64,000 nucleotides of DNA from Sphaerodactylus townsendi (lineage: Eukaryota), in contig NC_059438.1 in NCBI RefSeq assembly GCF_021028975.2, forward strand, positions 186,001 to 250,000, written 5' to 3'. This document shows positions 58,785 through 64,000 of this stretch, piece by piece (positions within the stretch are counted from its first letter, which is position 1; each line of letters starts with the position of its first letter). The position numbers were made by a program, and so were the translations under genes. The notes under the pieces are model-generated. The model had not been told where the DNA came from. It saw only the letters and a list, made by a program, of their open reading frames with translations, and did not search any database.

Positions 58785-59574
58785 ATTATCGCAAGTGAAC
58801 TTCAAACAATCCAAAGTGCTTCAGTATCTGCAAGAACTGGATAATTGGGCCTCAGATTAGATCTCCAGATCAAAAGGGACCATGGGGCATTAAAAGCATT
58901 TGATCCAAGCACAGATTAAATTAGGATAGCGGTTAAAACCCTTATGGCAGATACGTGCTCATTCTAACCCACGTTTCCTCTCAGGAAGTCATTTGGCTTC
59001 CAGAGAACTTCAGCTTTTATTTCCTAAAGGAACATTTCTAGCCTTCCTGGTGACAGAAGGAAGCTTTTTTTAAAAAAATATAGGTACTGTTGAGGTCTCA
59101 GAAACTCAACAAAAGCTTCAACAGGGTCTCTAGAAGCCACAACAAGAGGTTTGGGTCAACGACCACCTCCGCCAATGCTTTCCATTCTCTTGACAGAAGT
59201 TCTTAATCTGAACTCTGAGATAAACCAGATATGGTTGTTGAAACAAATGGTGCAAGCCCAGCATGTCAAACTGCAGCTGGCAAGATTCCTATTGCCTGAA
59301 AACAAGCACATTTACTTGGAAATCTTGTCCCAGTCTGTTCAGTGGGGTGTATTCCTAGAGAAATGTGCATAGAACTGTGACCAGTTGGTTTGCAGTTCAG
59401 GCCTACACCCGGTTACTTATGGATTTAGAAGGGCGTAACTCTGTTTAGGATTGTCCTGCTGGATAACTGGGTGTTGCCAATGGTAGCAGTTTTATTGGTC
59501 TCACAGTATAAGGGCCGGCAGATTCAGACATGGAAAGGGGAGATCGACCCACATGCTATTGCAAAGGCATAGCA

Positions 59575-59945
59575 TAAGAAGAGCCATTCTGGATGAGAGC
59601 AAAGGCCAGTCTAGACCAGCACTGTGTTCACACACCGGCTGATCAGCTGCTTCCAGGAGTCCCACAAGTGAATCAACTGCAACAGCATTCTCCTGCCTGG
59701 CTCCCCAGCAACTGATATAAGGAGGTATACTACCTCTGGAGGCATTAGATATCCATTAGTAGTAGTAGTCATTGATAACCCCATTCTCCAATTCTTTGTC
59801 CACTCTTTTTTAAGTTGGCGTCCGTAACTATATACTGTGCAGTGAGTTCCTCAGTTTATCTATATGCTATGTGAAGAAATACTTCCTTTTGTCTGTCCTA
59901 AATCTGTCCCATCAGTTTCAGTGGATGACTCCAAGTTCTACTGTT
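59575..59945 (-). mobile_element. Decayed CR1-type LINE 3' fragment
   Basis: cataagaagagcc...ctggat...gtgaagaaatacttcctttt pattern, similar to the reverse complement of 50085-50440. Confidence 0.5.
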
Positions 59946-60461
59946 AACAGCATCAGCCTCCAGGACCCATTTACACTGGTGTAATCCTCTGGCAAGAACA
60001 CTATGAACTGCAATAAAGAATCATCTAGAATAAAGACCAGTGAATAGTAGAAAGTAATTTGGGAAGCCAGAATGAAAAGCCCTGCAGTTTTCCTAATGAA
60101 AGTGAATGGTTCAAGGTATATTTTTACAATCTTGTGCATTTAATACCTATACCTTGGTCATTGCTGTAGCTATAAAAGGAAAGAATGTTTTACTTGATCC
60201 AAGTTACTGTGTGGTTTGCTGCCCTTGACTGAGCTCCATTGCTCTAAGAAATGCATATCCTTGTTTGAGCTGACACTCTTAAAAATTGCTTCTTGGTGAT
60301 TTAAACTTATTATAAAATTGACTTTGAATCTTTTGAGGAGAGCACCCTACAACTTGTATCTACACTGGCTGAGCTTCCTCTAAGTCTACACAATTGATGG
60401 GATAATACCATTCCATCCTTGCCTTCCTTTTCGCAGAAGAAATGAGAAATGGCATTGGAAC

Positions 60462-60820
60462 AGTATTGGATGGTGTATTGGTTAAGAGCAAGTGGGTTCT
60501 AAACTGGAGAACTGGATTTGATTCCCCACTCCTCTACCTGAGTGGTGGAGGCTTATCTGGTGAACCAGATGTGTTTCCGCACTCCTACATTCCTGTTGGG
60601 TGACCTTGGGCTAGTCACAGTTCTTTGGAACTCTCTTAGCCCCTCCTATCTCACAAGGTATCTATTGTGGGAAAAGGAAGGGAAAGGAGCTTGTAAGCCA
60701 CCTTGAGTCTCCTTACAGGAGAGAAAGATGGGATATAAATCCAATCTCCTCCTCCTCCTCCTCCTCCTCCTCCTCCTTCTTCTTCTTCTTCTTCCACTAC
60801 TATTACTACTACTACTACTT
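60462..60820 (+). mobile_element. tRNA-derived SINE with compound (CCT)n(CTT)n(CTA)n tail
   Basis: Family similarity; tail at 60746-60820. Confidence 0.8.
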
Positions 60821-60829
60821 TGTCTGTGT

Positions 60830-61270
60830 GCTAGAGAAGCTTTTCATTAATAACAATGCACCACCCAACAGAGAGTCAAATTCAGGAACCAAACAGCACA
60901 GCAAACCAAGAGGCCATTTTGTACTTGCATGCATTCATGCAGTGCTATTACAAGACCTAATAATTTCAGCTATACTATCTCTGACTTGTTTACATGCTCA
61001 GCCCTTGGTGTGTTATGTGCCATCATGTCTCAGCAATTACCTTTTTCTCTCTACATCAGACAAATAGGTCAGTTGCTATATATATGTATACAGGGATGCA
61101 AACCAGATATTAAAAATCACAGTGTTCAGAAACCCTTGGATGAACATTTTAATCTTCCAAGGCATTCTGTTGCTGATGTACAAGTGACTGTTCTCCAACA
61201 AAAGAACTTCAGGAGGAGACTCCAATGTGAAACTGCTGTGTTAGAATTCATTCAGAAGTTCAATGATGTA
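60830..61270 (+). mobile_element. Degenerate Penelope-like element, GIY-YIG endonuclease region
   Basis: ORF 60929-61393 reads FTCS..VLCAIMSQQ.P..LYIRQIGQ.L...IQG.K.DIKN...QKPL.EHFNLP.HS.AD..V.VLQ, a decayed version of the PLE GIY-YIG domain. Confidence 0.8.
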
Positions 61271-62589
61271 AACTGCCCTGAGTCTATTGGGGGAGGGCGA
61301 TATATAAATTTAAGCAATAAAATAAATACCAACTCACCACTCCCATCCCCAAAAGACAAAGAGTTGAAATTTTTAACTCCCTATAATTTTTAAATATATT
61401 GGCCAGACCTGGGACTCTCTACCTTTGTTCAGCTTTTAACCAAAATGTGAGATTTCTAACTTCCTAGAGCTACAGAATATCTTGGTTAAATGTGTAACTC
61501 CGTTTTATATCAGCTAGGTACGTTGAACCAATGTGTGGCCTCTTTCATTTCCTTGATTAGAATTGAATTTTACTTAATACATTTCACCCACCACTTTTAT
61601 TGAATAGATCTAAATAGTTATTTGTATTTCTGGGCGAGTTCATCCTCATCTACTCTTGAGCAGATTTACTACTGTTCTGGTTGGATCTATCTGTAACCCA
61701 TCTGGATCCCCTCACTGTATACAGCAACAACAATATTCATTCCAGTCCCTTTGACAGGAAGTCATGCCTGAATAATTTACAGCAGGATTTACAACAGTTC
61801 TCTTTCTTTTTCTCCTACAATTTTGCCATTTTCGTTGACCAATTTATGCCCTTATAGAACACTATTTGTACCGCTCTGTTGGCTCTCTCTTTGTATTTAG
61901 AATTGTAATTAAGTTAAGCCTTGTTCTCTGTTTCTGTTCCTTTGTTGGTTTAACTGCTTTTATGTTGCTGGTATTATAATGAGAAATGTTAAAAAGCTCT
62001 GCCTCTTTTCTTCTCCCTGTTTGTACCTTTGATTATAAAGGTATCTGCATAAGGATTGTACACTCCCTTACATCTAATGAAGTCATGTCTGACCAATGCA
62101 ACCTTATGCGGAAATAAAATCCAGTTACTATTTAAGTTACCACAAGACTCCTGTTTTTAAGGGTTGCTCAATTTGCACGTATACAAATAGGGGGTACAGA
62201 TGGAGGCAAGAGGTACCCCTCCAGGGCTGCTGAACCCCTACCCCACATCATATCCAAAGAACGAGTGGGAGACGATCCTGCATGCCAAGATGCTTCAGCC
62301 AACACATAGCTCTCTGTCTGCCTCCTTGTCCCCCAATTCAGATCTGCTAGTTCTTCCTAAATACACTACTGATCTTCCCTGCCCACAGCTCTGAGGGTGG
62401 AGTTCTCTAAGACCTCATGGCCCCCTGAGCAGAAATATCTGCTTAACAATTGGCACCCATTGTAGAACATTAACTACAGCCCTGTCCAGTTATGATTTTG
62501 GTAAGAGGAAATTATACTCTGCAGGATTCTCTTGTTATAAACAGTCACCATTTTATGTGAATAGGGCAACATGTAGCTTTTTCCACGTA

Positions 62590-62820
62590 TGGAGTTCGAG
62601 CCCCCTGGGAGTCAGATATCCTGGCAGCTGGCTCAAGGTCAACTCAGCCATCTATCCATATCTTGGTCGGTAAATGAGTACCTAGCTCATAGCTAGGGGG
62701 TAAAGAATAGCTGGGGAAAGCAATGGCAAACTACCTCACAAAAATGGCTTGCCTATAACATCACGGCTTGCAGTGGTACCCCAGGGTCGGACACGACTGA
62801 AGGGGAAACTTTACCTTTAC
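62590..62820 (+). mobile_element. Sauria-type SINE
   Basis: ggctcaaggtcaactcagcc body; ends actttacctttac. Confidence 0.75.
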
Positions 62821-63328
62821 GCATGGTCAAGCTTTCTGCAGTTACACTTCATGGGTACTGACGCATGTTGCCCCTTTCATGCAAAATGGTGGCCACAAGT
62901 ATTGAGAGGTTTGTGGGTGGCATGTTCTGCCATGACTCAATGTTGGACAAGCTAGTCCACTGCTGTTATATAGCAGGAATCTTCTGGCATTACATACGTT
63001 ATGACCCATTCAAAAGAAAGCCATTTCAATACTCCACAGAAACAATGCTACTTAAAAACAATTAGTCTGCAAATGCCACCTAGTGGCCTTTATTCACTTG
63101 GTTTCTTGTTGGCTCTGCTGTTATTCCCAACTTGAGAAAGTAGAAAGTCTTCCTGCCTGGAAAGATCTTGCCACTCACCTTGGACATTATCAGAATGGAA
63201 GTCATTTCAAATTGCCATTCCTATTTACTGTGATCTGACAAAGCAATAGTGGCTGTAACAATTTCAGGCAGGTAGCCATGTTGGTCTGCAGTAGAACAGC
63301 CAAGATGCAAGTGCAGTAGCACCTTAAA

Positions 63329-63610
63329 GGCCCTTTCCCCACTTACCTTAAGCCCCGCGCTACTCTCCTCAAGTAGCGCGGGGTCCCGGGGCACTCCCTA
63401 CTACAGGGGCGGCGACAGCGCAGCCGCCCCGATGCTGCCGCTCTCGCGCTCCCTCAGCGTGCATAATTCCTGGCGCTCCTCAAAACGGTGCCTTTTGATG
63501 ACCCCGTGCAGAGCGCGGGGTCGTGGGGACGCCCAGGCACTCACCAGAGATGCCGCGCGCTGAGAGCAGCACACAGCAAAGCGTGGTCAAAGGTAAGTGG
63601 GGAAAGGGCC
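63329..63610. mobile_element. PIF/Harbinger-like MITE inserted into a Penelope-derived repeat
   Basis: TIR GGCCCTTTCCCCACTTACCTT; 3-bp TSD AAA; host repeat ~63262-63705. Confidence 0.85.
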
Positions 63611-63908
63611 AAAGACAAAAGGAGTTTTGCCTCTCAGAAGTTTATACCCTGGATATTTTCTTGGTCTTTAAGATGCTATTGGGCTTAAATACAGCTATAA
63701 CAGATATCATACAGGACTTATCTCCTGATATCCTACAGGACTTATCTCCTGGCTTTATCGTGGAACCGCTGCGACTTGTCTTGCCACATTCCCCCAGATC
63801 ATTCACACCTCGCATGGATCTCACATGATATTGGTGGTGCGACAGGAAGGTCATCCACGTATAGTGCCTTTTTGAAACTACTGGTGCTTCCAAGCTTTCT
63901 GGGCTTCC

Positions 63909-64000
63909 AAGACTGAAATATCCCAAATCAACTTTTGAAGAGCAAAAAAAAACCATCTTGAGATGGCTCTTCAAAAGTTGATTTGGGATATTTCAGTCTT
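63909..64000. repeat. Perfect 35-bp inverted repeat truncated by the window edge
   Basis: 63909-63943 is the exact reverse complement of 63966-64000. Confidence 0.9.

Overview
Vertebrate genomic DNA from a squamate reptile, most likely a gecko, judged from the SINE families (tRNA-derived SINEs with (CTT)n tails, Sauria SINE, a 5S-derived SINE). It holds the conserved block DYNC1LI2(-; exons 1-4, runs off the left edge), TERB1(-), NAE1(-; 20 coding exons, 542 aa) and CA7(+; 7 exons, 264 aa). I traced the exons by hand from GT/AG boundaries and phase continuity, comparing with human protein sequences recalled from memory. Introns are dense in SINEs, CR1/L2 fragments, hAT, PIF/Harbinger and pogo-type MITEs with readable target-site duplications (TSDs), Penelope-like elements, and a solo LTR between NAE1 and CA7. 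Most notable: (i) the TERB1 exon expected to carry the TRF1-binding ILLTP motif looks degenerate and out of phase in an otherwise intact gene; (ii) short Penelope-derived insertions carry minimal hammerhead-ribozyme motifs; (iii) a solo LTR points its TATA box at NAE1 exon 1. No prokaryotic-type system (CRISPR etc.) is present. Most ORFs in the supplied track are spurious.
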